DNA of 64,000 bases from Macrostomum lignano (lineage: Eukaryota), in assembly GCA_002269645.1 (NCBI GenBank), contig NIVC01000012.1, forward strand, positions 434,001-498,000, in the 5' to 3' direction. The position numbers were made by a program, and so were the translations under genes. Positions 22,890 through 35,804 of this stretch are shown in pieces (the first letter of the stretch is position 1; the number at the start of each line of letters is the position of its first letter). The notes beneath the pieces were generated by a model. It searched no databases, was not told the origin of the DNA, and was given only the letters and a program-made list of their open reading frames with translations.

Positions 22890-25800
22890 ATGACCCTTCA
22901 GCCTCTATCCCCTGACCCTTCAGCCTCTATCCCTGACCCTTCAGCCTCTATCCTCTGACCCTTCAGCCTCTATCCCCTGACCCTTCAGCCTCTATCCTCT
23001 GACCCTTCAGCCTCTATCCCCTGACCCTTCAGCCTCTATCCCCTGACCCTTCAGCCTCTATCCCCTGACCCTTCAGCCTCTATCCCCTGACCCTTCAGCC
23101 TCTATCCCCTGACCCTTCAGTCTCTATCCCCTGATCCTTCAGCCTCTATCCCCTGACCCTTCAGCCTCTATCCCCTGACCCTTCAGCCTCTATCCCCTGA
23201 CCCTTCAGCCTCTATCCTCTGACCCTTCAGCCTCTATCCACTGATCCTTCAGCCTCTATCCCCTGACCCTTCAGCCTCTATCCCCTGACCCTTCAGCCTC
23301 TATCCCCTGACCCTTCAGCCTCTATCCACTGATCCTTCAGCCTCTATCCCCTGACCCTTCAGCCTCTATCCCCTGACCCTTCAGCCTCTATCCCCTGACC
23401 CTTCAGCCTCTATCCCCTGACCCTTCAGTCTCTATCCCTGATCCTTCAGCCTCTATCCACTGATCCTTCAGCCTCTATCCCCTGACCCTTCAGCCTCTAT
23501 CCCCTGACCCTTCAGCCTCTATCCCTGACCCTTCAGCCTCTATCCACTGATCCTTCAGCCTCTATCCACTGATCCTTCAGCCTCTATCCCCTGACCCTTC
23601 AGCCTCTATCCCCTGACCCTTCAGCCTCTATCCACTGATCCTTCAGCCTCTATCCACTGATCCTTCAGCCTCTATCCCCTGACCCTTCAGCCTCTATCCC
23701 CTGACCCTTCAGCCTCTATCCACTGATCCTTCAGCCTCTATCCCCTGACCCTTCAGCCTCTATCCACTGATCCTTCAGCCTCTATCCCCTGACCCTTCAG
23801 CCTCTATCCCCTGACCCTTCAGCCTCTATCCACTGATCCTTCAGCCTCTATCCCCTGACCCTTCAGCCTCTATCCTCTGATCCTTCAGCCTCTATCCCCT
23901 GACCCTTCAGCCTCTATCCCCTGGCCCTTCAGCCTCTATCCCCTGATCCTTCAGCCTCTATCCTCTGATCCTTCAGCCTCTATCCCCTGGCCCTTCAGCC
24001 TCTATCCCCTGATCCTTCAGCCTTTCTGCATTGGCCATTAACCTAATATTTCACAATCGAAAAGAAACAATAGTGACTACACCAGCCAAAAGAAAATGTG
24101 GCAAAACTTCACACATGAAATTCGTGCATTTCAAGTTCGCAACAGAAGCCGACAAAGACAAAATTATGTCTGTCATTTTTCTAAGCAGAACCACGCTTCT
24201 AAAAGATAAATCTTTTCGCATACCAACAGGGTGAAGAAATACATGAAGGCACTTCAAAGCAAGAAAACTCATGCCTCTCCTCGCTAATGAAAAATATCTT
24301 AAAAGATGGCACGGTCAATAAAAATTTCTATGGCTTCTTGTGCCCAGATCTTGTATCTGTAGGCCAACAGTTGGGTCAAAAATGGAATTCTTTTAGAATT
24401 GAAAATTTTCAAGCAATTTCACGCCTCGGCGGCTCGAAGAAAGAAGATCTATCACGTTAGCTATATATAACATTTAACGCAAGAATCCAGCCTATACTTC
24501 GCGGTTTCCATGGCAACTAGTTTTAGGCTCGATGGTGTGAAGGAACACAAGGGTGGCAGTTTACCATCAATCCATCAGTTTCTGGCAATCCCCAGCTGGT
24601 AAAACTGTGTTTCTGCCGAGACAAAGGTTTTGAAAAGTGACTATTAGAGATAGTTGGGGGGGGGCATATCTGTCACGACTTTTTTGGCCACAATTTCTTA
24701 GTAGCAAATGAATTTTAAAGCTATTATTTTCACTCAAATTTCACTTGACTGAAATTGACTAAAGGATTCAAGACTTGGGATTTGAATTTTCTAGAACTTT
24801 TAGTAATCCGTAAAAATGGAGTTTTTAGAACAATTAGGGTAAATATTAATCCAATTAGTGTTTTACTAACCCCGATATTGTAATACTAGCCCAGTTAAGT
24901 GTAATACTAACCCAGTTAGTGTAATACTAGCCCAGTTAGTGTAATACTAGCCCATTTAGTGTAATACTAGCCCAGTTAGTGTAATACTAGCCCATTTAGT
25001 GTAATACTAGCCCAGTTAGTGTAATATTAGCCCAGTTAGTGTAATATTAGCCCAGTTAGTGTAATATTAGCCCAGTTAGTGTAATACTAGCCCAGTTAGT
25101 GTAATACTAACCCAGTTAGTGTAATACTAACCCAGTTAGTGTAATACTAGCCCAGTTAGTGAAATACTAACCCAGTTAGTGTAATATTAATCTAATTAGT
25201 GTAACATACTAGTCAGTAGTGTAATACGAGCCAATTTTATTTAATAATAATCAAATAAGTGTAGCATTAATCTTGTTATTGTAATCCAGCTATTACACTA
25301 AGTCGTTGTATGTCATACTTCTAATAAATGAACACAAATATTCTCTGTAACAGTAATATCGTAATACATGTAATTTAACTATTTACCTGATTGCAGACGT
25401 GAATTAAAAACGGAAAATGATTTTCAATTAAGTTTGGATTTTAAGATTTTAATCTTGTCAAAAATTGATTGGATTTTAAATTATATGCAGCTAAAAGCCC
25501 TAGTAATAGCTAGCTATATATCGGATAAGGAATCCACTTGATATGTTTGCAACAAGCCAAGCAGCGATGGGGCTTCATATCTCCGCGATGCGACCCCAAA
25601 TTTAGTGTTTCCTCAGTCAGTTCGAGTGTTTCAGTTTGAAACAATTTCACGAATTCGCTAATTAGATGTAGCCGCTACTGCTAGACCGCAGAAACTGTGC
25701 TGGGGTGGTTGGGTCGCTGACACGGGGTTCTAAATTTTAGAATCTGGATTGCGAATCAGTGAGGCATCTCCAAGCTTTCACAATTCAATTTTCAAGTTTG

Positions 25801-26985
25801 TTAATTGTGAAGCTTGGGGATTGTGAAGCTTGGGAATTGTGAAGCTTGGGGATTGTGAAGCTTGGGGATTGTGAAGCTTTGGAATTGTGAAGCTTAGGGA
25901 TTGTGAAGCTTGGAGATTGTGAAGCTTGGGGATTGTGAAGCTTGGGAATTGTGAAGCTTAGGGATTGTGAAGCTTGGGGATTGTGAAGCTTGGGGATTGT
26001 GAAGCTTGGGGATTGTGAAGCTTGGGGATTGTGAAGCTTGGGGATTGTGAAGCTTGGGAATTGTGAAGCTTGGGGATTGTGAAGCTTGGGAATTGTGAAG
26101 CTTGGGAATTGTGAAGCTTGGGGATTGTGAAGCTTGGGAATTGTGAAGTTTGGGAATCGTGAAGCTTGGGGATTGTGAATAAACTGATCCCCAAAATTGC
26201 CCACTCCAGACTAGTCGCTCTGATACCCCTTGACTCTCTGATCATGCAGTTGCAGTTCTGGCACACCGAACCAACCAACCGAACCCACAAAGCTATTAGC
26301 ACTAAAGAAGACAAAGGCGGGGGCCGTGGGTGCTGCATTCATGGACCGCCCGCAGAGACCCGCGCACCTTGTGTGCCAATTAATTAGCACTAGCTAGTTA
26401 AACTGAGGCGCAGGCCCTAGCGACAGACCCAGAATGTGTTAAACCAAGGGTCGAGCGAAAAAAAGAAAAATGCATTTTGGGGATTTCTGTGGAGTTGCAC
26501 AATTGTAGCTAAAAGAATTTCCACTGGACTTTGCTGCCACACGGTTTCAATTGATATATGAAAGATAAGATCTTCTAGCTAGTCAGACCAATTTTACCTA
26601 GTTGGCAATGTCATGCAGACTTTTTTTTCGCAATATTGAAAAGCTGTTTGATATTTCAATATAGGATTCCTCTGACCCTTCAGCCTCTATCCCCTGATCC
26701 TTCAGCATCTATCCCCTGATCCTTCAGCTTCTATCCCCTGATCCTTCAGCCTCTATCCCCTGATCCTTCAGCCTCTATCCCCTGATCCTTCAGCCTCTAT
26801 CCCCTGACCCTTCAGCCTCTATCCCCTGATCCTTCAGCCTCTCTCATCTGATCCTTCAGCCTCTATCCCCTGATCCTTCAGCCTCTATCCCCTGACCCTT
26901 CAGCTTCTCTCCTCTGATCCTTCAGCCTCTCTCATCTGATCCTTCAGCATCTATTCCATCAATCCATCAGCCTCTATCCTTATAA
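22890..26985. repeat. Mox intron 2 repeats: 22-bp unit at ~22890-24025 and ~26670-26985, 20-bp unit at ~24880-25200, 16-bp unit at ~25800-26175
   Basis: cccttcagcctctatcccctga; agtgtaatactagcccagtt; tgtgaagcttggggat. Confidence 0.93.
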
Positions 26986-27014
26986 TCCTGCTTCAATATC
27001 GTTTCGCATTACAG

Positions 27015-27101
27015 GTAAAAGTCTGGTTCCAAAATCGGCGCATGAAATGGAAGCGAGTGAAGAGTAAGCATCGAAATTCAATTATAGGAAACGTGAACTA
27101 G
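27015..27101 (+). CDS. mox: Mox exon 3 (homeodomain helix 3 and stop)
   Basis: acag|VKVWFQNRRMKWKRVKSKHRNSIIGNVN*; phase 0 joins ERQ|VKV, the usual intron position. Confidence 0.93.
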   Translation, partial: VKVWFQNRRMKWKRVKSKHRNSIIGNVN

Positions 27102-27718
27102 TAACACGTGTTGCTACAGAAATTTACCTAGCAGAATAACAATGTACAAAACCGATCTTTTCCAGACGTGCCCAACTGCAGTCAGAGTCAGAGACAGTCT
27201 TTGACAGAATTCTCCACTAACGAAACCAAGTCAACGCATCGTCAGTCGGACTGACTACTAGCGTAGAAGTTTGTAAAAAAGTTTATCAACACACTACTCA
27301 ATGCTAACTAAGTAGTAAAGTGCTCATTTTTGGTAACCTTGGCTTTATTAACTCAATAAAAATGACAAATAAATTTCACCCCCTTTGCATACACTTGAGC
27401 AGCAATCTATCGTGCTGCTAGAATTACTAAAGAAGCGTGTGTGTTTCTGACTAAGTAACACTTGTTTAACAGGGCGTAAAAAAGTTCGTGTGCGTAGTTT
27501 TTTCAGAGGTCAATTTCCTGGATAAAAAACACTGCGGATATAGGAAAAAATCAATGATTGCATTTGATCTGAGGCAGTGAAGATTACTATTCATTTAATT
27601 AAGCATACACAACATGATACTCTGCTGTATTTTATATAGTTGTTCAGTAAGGTTCATTTTCAGATTGTTTTCCTTTTATTTCATGAGCCCAAGCCAAAGT
27701 TGTAGATAAACTTACAAG

Positions 27719-28206
27719 CAGAGGTGTCACCATTAGGGGGGACAGGGGGGACCAATGCTTTGTCCCCCCCCCCCACCTTGTGAACCGTTATGGAAATCAA
27801 TAATTTTGCTTCAGGGGGACAAAACATTTTTGCGCCTGTGGCACCAAAATGAGTGCCTGCGGCGCCGAAATGAGTGCCTGCGGCGCCAAAATGAGTTCCT
27901 GCGGCGCCGAAATGCGTGCCTGCGGCGCTAAAATAAATTCCTGCGGCGCCAAAATGAGTGCCTGTGGCACTAAAATGAGTGCCTGCGGTGCCAAAATGAG
28001 TGCCTGCGGCGCCAAAATGAGTGCCTGCGGCGCCAAAATGAGTGCCTGCGGCGCCAAAATGAGTGCCTGCGGCGCCAAAATGAGTGCCTGCGGCGCTAAA
28101 ATGAGTGCCTGCGGCGCAAAAATGAGTGCCCGCTGCAATAATGTACATGTAAATGTAGAATTATTGGCTTTGTCCCCTCACCATAAAATCCATGGCGACG
28201 CCCCTG
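27719..28206. mobile_element. hAT-type MITE (488 bp) with 8-bp TSD and internal 21-bp minisatellite
   Basis: Imperfect TIRs cagaggtgtcaccat / atggcgacgcccctg; cttacaag is duplicated at 27711-27718 and 28207-28214. Confidence 0.8.
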
Positions 28207-28669
28207 CTTACAAGTGAACTATTTGTTTTGTACTTTTTTGAATACCTTTTAGAAGTTTTTCCTATCTCCGCGGTGTATTTTTTTACCAGGAAATCAACCT
28301 CCTAAATATCGAAACGATCTTTGATTAGCAGGTGTCCTCTCTGGTAATGAAACTGTTGAAGCCTTTTGAAATAAAATTAATATTTAATAAATTGCACGGT
28401 TTTGACTCTTGTCTATTACAACATAAATTAATAATCGATTTTATTTAACAATTAGAAAAAACAGCTCTATGAAAAAATGTCTATTGATATTAACATAAAT
28501 CAGCTTAATAATACACTGTAGACACACAATCAAGGCAGAATAGTAGGACACTATAGGGTATAAAAAATAGATTATACAGAAGAAATTCTATAGAACCAAT
28601 GTCAGTTACAAGGTTGTGATGTACAGTCAAATTTTATCAGGTGACTGCTTTTTTTCATACTAGTTTAGA

Positions 28670-29357
28670 TAGACACGGCGCACTTTAAGCGACATTGCCT
28701 TAAACTCTGACTTCCGATGAACCCTCCATTGCCTTAAACTCTGACTTCCGATGAACCCTCCATTGCCTTAAACTCTGACTTCCGATGAACCCTCCATTGC
28801 CTTAAACTCTGACTTCCGATGAACCCTCCATTGCCTTAAACTCTGACTTCCGATGAACCCTCCATTGCCTTAAACTCTGACTTCCGATGAACCCTCCATT
28901 GCCTTAAACTCTGACTTCCGATGAACCCTCCATTGCCTTAAACTCTGACTTCCGATGAACCCTCCATTGCCTTAAACTCTGACTTCCGATGAACCCTCCA
29001 TTGCCTTAAACTCTGACTTCCGATGAACCCTCCATTGCCTTAAACTCTGACTTCCGATGAACCCTCCATTGCCTTAAACTCTGACTTCCGATGAACCCTC
29101 CATTGCCTTAAACTCTGACTTCCGATGAACCCTCCATTGTCACACAACCAGCGAGAGGCATTACTGCATAGAGAGTCATACGCGCAGGCACACACTCACA
29201 CAGGAGTGTACAGCGGCCCTAACTTTATTTATCGTTAGGCATGTACACTTCACTGCGCCTTGGGGGGTTGGCTCTCAAGGGCATTAATTGCACAAGCTAT
29301 CTTGATTAATGTGACAGCACCTGGAATCGAGCCTAAGCCGCTGGCTAAGACCACCAG
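28670..29357 (-). mobile_element. SINE family 2, copy A, interrupted by a 34-bp array (~28695-29139)
   Basis: Reverse complement matches 41317-41625 (ggctcgattcc B box, ttgagagccaaccccccaaggcgcagtgaagtgtacatgcctaac, tgtcgcttaaagtgcgcc tail); array period 34, ~13 units. Confidence 0.8.
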
Positions 29358-29869
29358 TTTGTCTTGGCAAGTAAAAAATTGACAATAAATTGAGATGCAC
29401 TGATTACTATAAAAGAATAACCATGACAACGTGAAAATTACGTTCGCATATGAAGAATAACACATGCATTCATCACTTACTAAAAGTGCAAGCGATTGTC
29501 TCGAATTATAATATAATCAGTGGAATTGCATTCAGTATTTACAATAATTTAAATATACATTTGATCAATTGGAGTTGGCACTGAGGATCGTTGAAAAAAC
29601 AGGTTAATCATTTTGTTTTATTATTATGCACCAATTTGAAACGCCTACAAAGTCGATACAGCATGATGATCATCAGTTCTACTGAAAGTAGTCTTTTCAG
29701 TCAGAAATTATAAATTAAAAGTACATGTAATTAATTACAGAAGAGGCAATAACTATGATGATTGAGTATTTAATAATCTAAAATCTGAGTAAATTACATT
29801 CGTTAAAACTTCAGAGCAGGAATAAATTGAAAAAACATTATTAAAGAGGCAATCTATAGCTATTGGGAC

Positions 29870-30200
29870 CAACAACTGAGGATCTGGGAGGCTGGCCCAG
29901 CAACTGAGGATCTGAGAGGCTGGCCCAGCAACTGAGGATCTGAGAGGCTGGCCCAGCAACTGAGGATCTGAGAGGCTGGCCCAGCAAATGAGGATCTGAG
30001 AGGCTGGCCCAGCAACTGAGGATCTGAGAGGCTGGCCCAGCAAATGAGGATCTGAGAGGCTGGCCCAGCAACTGACACTCTGGGAGGCTGGCCCAGCAAC
30101 TGAAACTCTGGGAGGCTGGCCCAGCAACCGACACTCTGGGAGGCTGGCCCAGCAAATAAGGATCTGGGACTCAGGCCTAGCAACTGACACTATGGAGGCT
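29870..30200. repeat. 28-bp minisatellite downstream of the Nischarin-like stop
   Basis: gaggatctgagaggctggcccagcaact units. Confidence 0.9.
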
Positions 30201-30367
30201 GGCAGTGGATCAGCAACTGAGTATCTTTGAAGGAATTCGGCAAGAAAAAAATCGATGGGATATCTAATCGATAATTAGACAGCCATCGCACCGCACCTCA
30301 AAGTGTCTGCTGAATCGCAATCACAGTTAAATAATTCCTTGTTCTACATCGAAGAGCAGTGAATCAA

Positions 30368-32602
30368 CTAAGACTTGAGCACTTTAATCAGCCTGTCACG
30401 GTCGGATTCGCTAGCCAAACTAAGCAACAGCAGAACAGACTCGGCTGACACAGGCCTGTCATTATAGCGAACTGACAGACCGAAGACTGCCCAGGAAGAA
30501 GCGGACGGCAGTGCAGAAACGATGGACGGTAAATCAATTCGAAGCGACTGGTGCGGCGTGTATGAGTCATCGACGCGGGAGGTGCATGACTCACTCTGGG
30601 ACGTACTTGGTCGATTCGTTAATGATTGGAGCAGCGGTGCATCACCACCTGTCTCTGATTGAGTTCTGTTGGATTCTGCTGCTGGATTGAGCTCCGGTGC
30701 GTCACCACCTGTCTCTGATTGAGTTCTGTTGGATTCTGCTGCTGTACTGAGCTCCGGTGCGTCACCACCTGTCTCTGATTGAGTTCTGTTGGATTCTGCT
30801 GCTGTATTGAGCTCCGGTGCGTCACCACCTGTCTCTGATTGAGTTCTGTTGGATTCTGCTGCTGTATTGAGCTCCGGTGCGTCACCACCTGTCTCTGATT
30901 GAGTTCTGTTGGATTCTGCTGCTGTATTGAGTTCCGGTGCATCACCACCTGTCTCTGATTGAGTTCTGTTGGATTCTGCTGCTGGATTGAGCTCCGGTGC
31001 GTCACCACCTGTCTCTGATTGAGTTCTGTTGGATTCTGCTGCTGTACTGAGCTCCGGTGCGTCACCACCTGTCTCTGATTGAGTTCTGTTGGATTCTGCT
31101 GCTGTACTGAGTTCCGGTGCATCACCACCTGTCTCTGATTGAGTTCTGTTGGATTCTGCTGCTGTATTGAGCTCCGGTGCGTCACCACCTGTCTCTGATT
31201 GAGTTCTGTTGGATTCTGCTGCTGTACTGAGCTCCGGTGCGTCACCACCTGTCTCTGATTGAGTTCTGTTGGATTCTGCTGCTGTACTGAGCTCCGGTGC
31301 GTCACCACCTGTCTCTGATTGAGTTCTGTTGGATTCTGCTGCTGTACTGAGCTCCGGTGCGTCACCACCTGTCTCTGATTGAGTTCTGTTGGATTCTGCT
31401 GCTGTATTGAGCTCCGGTGCGTCACCACCTGTCTCTGATTGAGTTCTGTTGGATTCTGCTGCTGTACTGAGTTCCGGTGCATCACCACCTGTCTCTGATT
31501 GAGTTCTGTTGGATTCTGCTGCTGTACTGAGCTCCGGTGCGTCACCACCTGTCTCTGATTGAGTTCTGTTGGATTCTGCTGCTGTACTGAGCTCCGGTGC
31601 GTCACCACCTGTCTCTGATTGAGTTCTGTTGGATTCTGCTGCTGTACTGAGCTCCGGTGCGTCACCACCTGTCTCTGATTGAGTTCTGAGCTCCGGTGCA
31701 TCACCACCTGTCTCTGATTGAGTTCTGTTGGATTCTGCTGCTGTACTGAGCTCCGGTGCGTCACCACCTGTCTCTGATTGAGTTCTGAGCTCCGGTGCAT
31801 CACCACCTGTCTCTGATTGAGTTCTGAGCTCCGGTGCATCACCACCTCTCTCTGATTGAGTTCTGAGCTCCGGTGCATCACCACCTGTCTCTAATTGAGT
31901 TCTGAGCTCCGGTGCATTACCACCTGTCTCTGATTGAGTTATGAGCTCCGGTGCATCAGCACCTGTCGACATCTCAGAGTAAGTATCCACCTCTGCTTGA
32001 CAGGTCAGCTCAGACTGTTCCGAATAATACCGCTCTCTTTCCATCGGTTGATCGTTGGCAATCGAAAGCCGTTGAATCCCAATATCGAAATCGAACCACC
32101 CAGATTGCAATCGATTGAAATTACGAGTAAGCTGTGATCTAGTTGAACCTGTTGGCTTTACAATCAGCACTTGCTTCTCAATGCTAATATCGACTTTCGC
32201 GTGGCAACCCTGGCTCAGCGGCGGCAGAGGATGCTGAGGACAAGCTAACAAAACGCCCTGACAACGAAATGGCGGTTGAAGAGCTGCTGGCGGCAGCACA
32301 GCCGGTGGCGAACAAGAGGATGCAACAACAGCAGCTGAAGACGACGACAAGCTGAGCTCTCGACTCCGTCGGATGGCCTGCAGCACGGCAATAGTGTCCA
32401 GTTCTTTTGCAGTCGCAGGCTCATCGTCAAGCACCAGCTCGGAGGCTCTCGAATCGAATAATTGCAACGCGCGAACCCGATAATCCGCTAGCTGAGTTAA
32501 CGGATTATCGGCCAGGATTAGCCTGGCTAGCAGGGGCAAATTGGCCAGGTGGGCGACCTCCGACAGGTCTGAGATTAAGTTGGCTCGCAGGCCCAGAGTC
32601 AC
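30368..32602 (-). CDS. nisch: Nischarin-like gene, exon 6 (end of LRR, in-frame 20-aa repeat, C-terminus)
   Basis: VTLGLRANLISDL..LADNPLTQLADYRVRALQLFDSRASELVLDDEPATAKELDTIAVLQAI matches NISCH [33 protein letters not shown]; acceptor ctcag, phase 0. Confidence 0.88.
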   Translation of the reverse strand: MTLGLRANLISDLSEVAHLANLPLLARLILADNPLTQLADYRVRALQLFDSRASELVLDDEPATAKELDTIAVLQAIRRSRELSLSSSSAAVVASSCSPPAVLPPAALQPPFRCQGVLLACPQHPLPPLSQGCHAKVDISIEKQVLIVKPTGSTRSQLTRNFNRLQSGWFDFDIGIQRLSIANDQPMERERYYSEQSELTCQAEVDTYSEMSTGADAPELITQSETGGNAPELRTQLETGGDAPELRTQSERGGDAPELRTQSETGGDAPELRTQSETGGDAPELSTAAESNRTQSETGGDAPELRTQSETGGDAPELSTAAESNRTQSETGGDAPELSTAAESNRTQSETGGDAPELSTAAESNRTQSETGGDAPELSTAAESNRTQSETGGDAPELNTAAESNRTQSETGGDAPELSTAAESNRTQSETGGDAPELSTAAESNRTQSETGGDAPELSTAAESNRTQSETGGDAPELNTAAESNRTQSETGGDAPELSTAAESNRTQSETGGDAPELSTAAESNRTQSETGGDAPELNPAAESNRTQSETGGDAPELNTAAESNRTQSETGGDAPELNTAAESNRTQSETGGDAPELNTAAESNRTQSETGGDAPELSTAAESNRTQSETGGDAPELNPAAESNRTQSETGGDAPLLQSLTNRPSTSQSESCTSRVDDSYTPHQSLRIDLPSIVSALPSASSWAVFGLSVRYNDRPVSAESVLLLLSLASESDRDRLIKVLKS

Positions 32603-32859
32603 CTGAGATTTGAGCAGTTCAAGGGAGGTTTAGAAAGTTAAATTAATAATGCTGCCTGAGTATTGTGCTCCTCACTCTTTCCTGCAGACACCGATCACAC
32701 TAACGTCTAAATGCAATCACTCATATAGTAGTTTAATAGAAGATTCACTATCACAGGTCACTCTAAATAGCACTCATTCTCATAGGACACAGGTCACTCC
32801 AAAAGTCAGTCTCTCTTTTCATAAGTCACTCTAAAAGTAATTCACTCTCACGGGTTACT

Positions 32860-33800
32860 CTAATTAAGTCACTCAATCTTACAGGTCACTCTAATAAGTC
32901 ACTCAATCTTACAGGTCACTCTAATAAGTCACTCAATCTCACAGGTCACTCTAATAAGTCACTCAATCTCACAGGTCACTCTAATAAGTCACTCAATCTC
33001 ACAAGTCACTCTAATAAGTCACTCAATCTCACAAGTCACTCTAATAAGTCACTCAATCTTACAGGTCACTCTAATAAGTCACTCAATCTTACAGGTCACT
33101 CTAATAAGTCATTCAATCTTACAGGTCACTCTAATAAGTCACTCAATCTCACAGGTCACTCTAATAAGTCACTCAATCTCACAGGTCACTCTAATAAGTC
33201 ACTCAATCTCACAGGTCACTCTAATAAGTCACTCAATCTCACAAGTCACTCTAATAAGTCACTCAATCTCACAGGTCACTCTAATAAGTCACTCAATCTT
33301 ACAGGTCACTCTAATAAGTCACTCAATCTCACAGGTCACTCTAGTAAGTCACTCAAACTTACAGGTCACTCTAATAAGTCACTCAATCTCACAAGTCACT
33401 CTAATAAGTCACTCAATCTCACAGGTCACTCTAATAAGTCACTCAATCTCACAGGTCACTCTAATAAGTCACTCAATCTCACAGGTCACTCTAATAAGTC
33501 ACTCAATCTTACAGGTCACTCTAATTAAGTCACTCAATCTCACAGGTCACTCTAATAAGTCACTCAAACTTACAGGTCACTCTAATAAGTCACTAAATCT
33601 TACAGGTCACTCTAATAAGTCACTCAATCTCACAGGTCACGCTAATTAAGTCACTCAATCTTACATGTCACGCTAATTAAGTCACTCAATCTTACAGGTC
33701 ACTCTAATTAAGTCACTCAATCTTACAGGTCACTTTAATTAAGTTATTCAATGTCACAGGTCACTCTAGTTGAATCACTCAATCTTAAAGTTCACTCTAA
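32860..33800. repeat. 30-bp minisatellite (acaggtcactctaataagtcactcaatctc), intron 5
   Basis: Directly visible, period 30. Confidence 0.95.
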
Positions 33801-33887
33801 CTAAGTCACTCTTTCCCCAACACATTTTCACTCGCTTAGAAGCGCGACACACCCTAGAAAAAAGCAATAGATAAGCCAGTTACTAAC

Positions 33888-34313
33888 CAATCCATACAGC
33901 CTGCTTAGTCCCTCCAATCCGGTAAGCCGATTATTGGCCAATTCTAACTCTTTCAAATTGCCAACAAGCAGATGGACGGAGTCCAATTTAGTGATGCTAT
34001 TTTTAGACAGATCCAGTTCGGCCAGATGCTCCAGCTCGTCCAAATTATCCAGCCTCGCTATGGAGTTGCCTTTCAGTCGGAGTCGTTTCAATCTTGGCAT
34101 CAGTTTCACTCCGGCGTCAATTTCCGACAGTCCATTGTCGCTAAAATCGGCGCTAGTGCAGGCCGAATAGACGGGCGCGTCGGGGCCCAGCTGACGGTGC
34201 GGCGGCCACTCGGGCAGCAGCAGCTGGCGGATGCTGTGGACGCTGGCCCGCACCGACAGGGTGAGTAGGCGCGCTCGGAGATGCTCAGCGCCAACTAGGC
34301 GGTCCGGGTTCAC
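33888..34313 (-). CDS. nisch: Nischarin-like exon 5 (leucine-rich repeats)
   Basis: DFSDNGLSEIDAGVKLMPRLKRLRLKGNSI..LDLSKNSI..LGLEGLSRLYGL-type LRRs; cccag acceptor, GTTAGT donor, 142 codons. Confidence 0.9.
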
Positions 34314-34329
34314 CTGGGCAGGGGCGGAG

Positions 34330-35230
34330 TGTCTGTCTCAGTGTCTGTCTTGGTATCTGTCTCAGTGTCGGTCTAGGTGTCTGTCTTGGTGTCTGTCTAG
34401 TTGTCTGTTTTGTGTCTGTCTCAGTGTCTGTCTCACTGCCTGTCTGACCGTCTGTCTCAGTGTCTGTCTTGGTGCCGGTCTTGGTGTCTGTCTTGGTGTC
34501 TGCCTAAGTGTCTGTCTTGGTGTCTGTCTCAGTGTCGGTCTAGGTGTCTGTCTTGGTGTCTGTCTAGTTGTCTGTTTTGTGTCTGTCTCAGTGTCTGTCT
34601 CACTGTCTGTCTTGGTGTCTGTCTAGTTGTCTGTTTTGTGTCTGTCTCAGTGTCTGTCTCACTGCCTGTCTGACCGTCTGTCTCAGTGTCTGTCTTGGTG
34701 CCGGTCTTGGTGTCTGTCTTGGTGTCTGCCTAAGTGTCTGTCTCAGTGTCTGTCTTGGTGCCGGTCTTGGTGTCTGTCTTGGTGTCTGCCTCAGTGTCTT
34801 TCTTGGTGTCTGTCTCACTGCCTGTCTGACCGTCTGTCTCAGTTCCTGTCTTGGTGCCTCTCTTGTTGTCTTTCTTGTTGTCTGTCTTAGTGTCTGTCTC
34901 AGTGTCTGTCTCAGTGTCTGTCTTGGTGTCTGTCTCAGTGTCTGTCTTGGTGTCTGTCTAGGTGTCTGTCTAGTCTGTTTTGGTGTCTGTCTGCGTGTCT
35001 GTCTCACTGCCTGTCTGACCGTCTGTCTCAGTGCCTGTCTTTGTGTCTGTCTTGGCATCTGTCTTGGTGTCTGTTTCAGTGTCTATCTTGGTGTCTGTCT
35101 TGGTGTCTGTCTTGGCATCTGTCTTGGTGTCTGTCTTGGTGTCTGCCTCAATATCTGTTTCAGTGTATGTGCCTCTTCACAAGTATCTCTCCTAGTGTCC
35201 CACCTAGTGTTAGTATTTTCTGTCGGTCTG
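34330..35230. repeat. ~12-bp degenerate minisatellite (gtctgtctcagt/gtctgtcttggt), intron 4
   Basis: Directly visible; source of the CLS/RQT ORFs. Confidence 0.9.
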
Positions 35231-35240
35231 TCTGCCTCAC

Positions 35241-35642
35241 CTGAACCAGCTGCAGCCTGAGTAGCCGCTTGAACGGGCTCAAATCATAGTGCAGGCTGTC
35301 GGGCACCAGGTTGCTTCTGCCGTACCGCCTGTCCGAGCCGGTCAGCTTGACGCTCTCCAGCTGAGAGATGAAGTCAAGCAGGTGACCAAAATCGGATTTA
35401 AAACTGCTTCCGAGTTCTGCAGCAATATCGAAATCAAATTCGTAGTTTCGTTTATTAAAAAAATATTGCGCTTTAGGATTCGAGCATAGGACCTCACCGC
35501 AAGTTGGTGCCGGCAGTCGCATTCGCTGATTGATGGCGTACAATTGCAATATAGAGAACTCGAATGGGTAGCCCCTCTCTAGCCAGAGGTCGCCCTTCTC
35601 GAATAAGTACTCGGTGAGCGAACCGGTGATGCCCTGTATCTC
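35241..35642 (-). CDS. nisch: Nischarin-like exon 4
   Basis: EIQGITGSLTEYLFEKGD..LQLYAINQRM..DFGHLLDF matches NISCH EINGITAALAEELFEKGE..LQLYAV..DLGHILDF; 134 codons, phase 0/0. Confidence 0.92.
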
Positions 35643-35804
35643 CTGTGGTAATAAAAGAAGTACATTTTGCAATTTTTGAAAGTCACGAATTCAGTATTTT
35701 AATTACAATAAGAGCTTTATACTTAAAAATGCATCTCAATATACCAGATAGTAACGTTTTATGTGCACTTGCACTCTGTAAAGTACACATGTACTTTTGC
35801 ACTT

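Noticed and set aside
28695-29139. 34-bp and other 28-41-bp arrays as CRISPR repeats
   Set aside because: No unique spacers, no cas genes, eukaryotic context.
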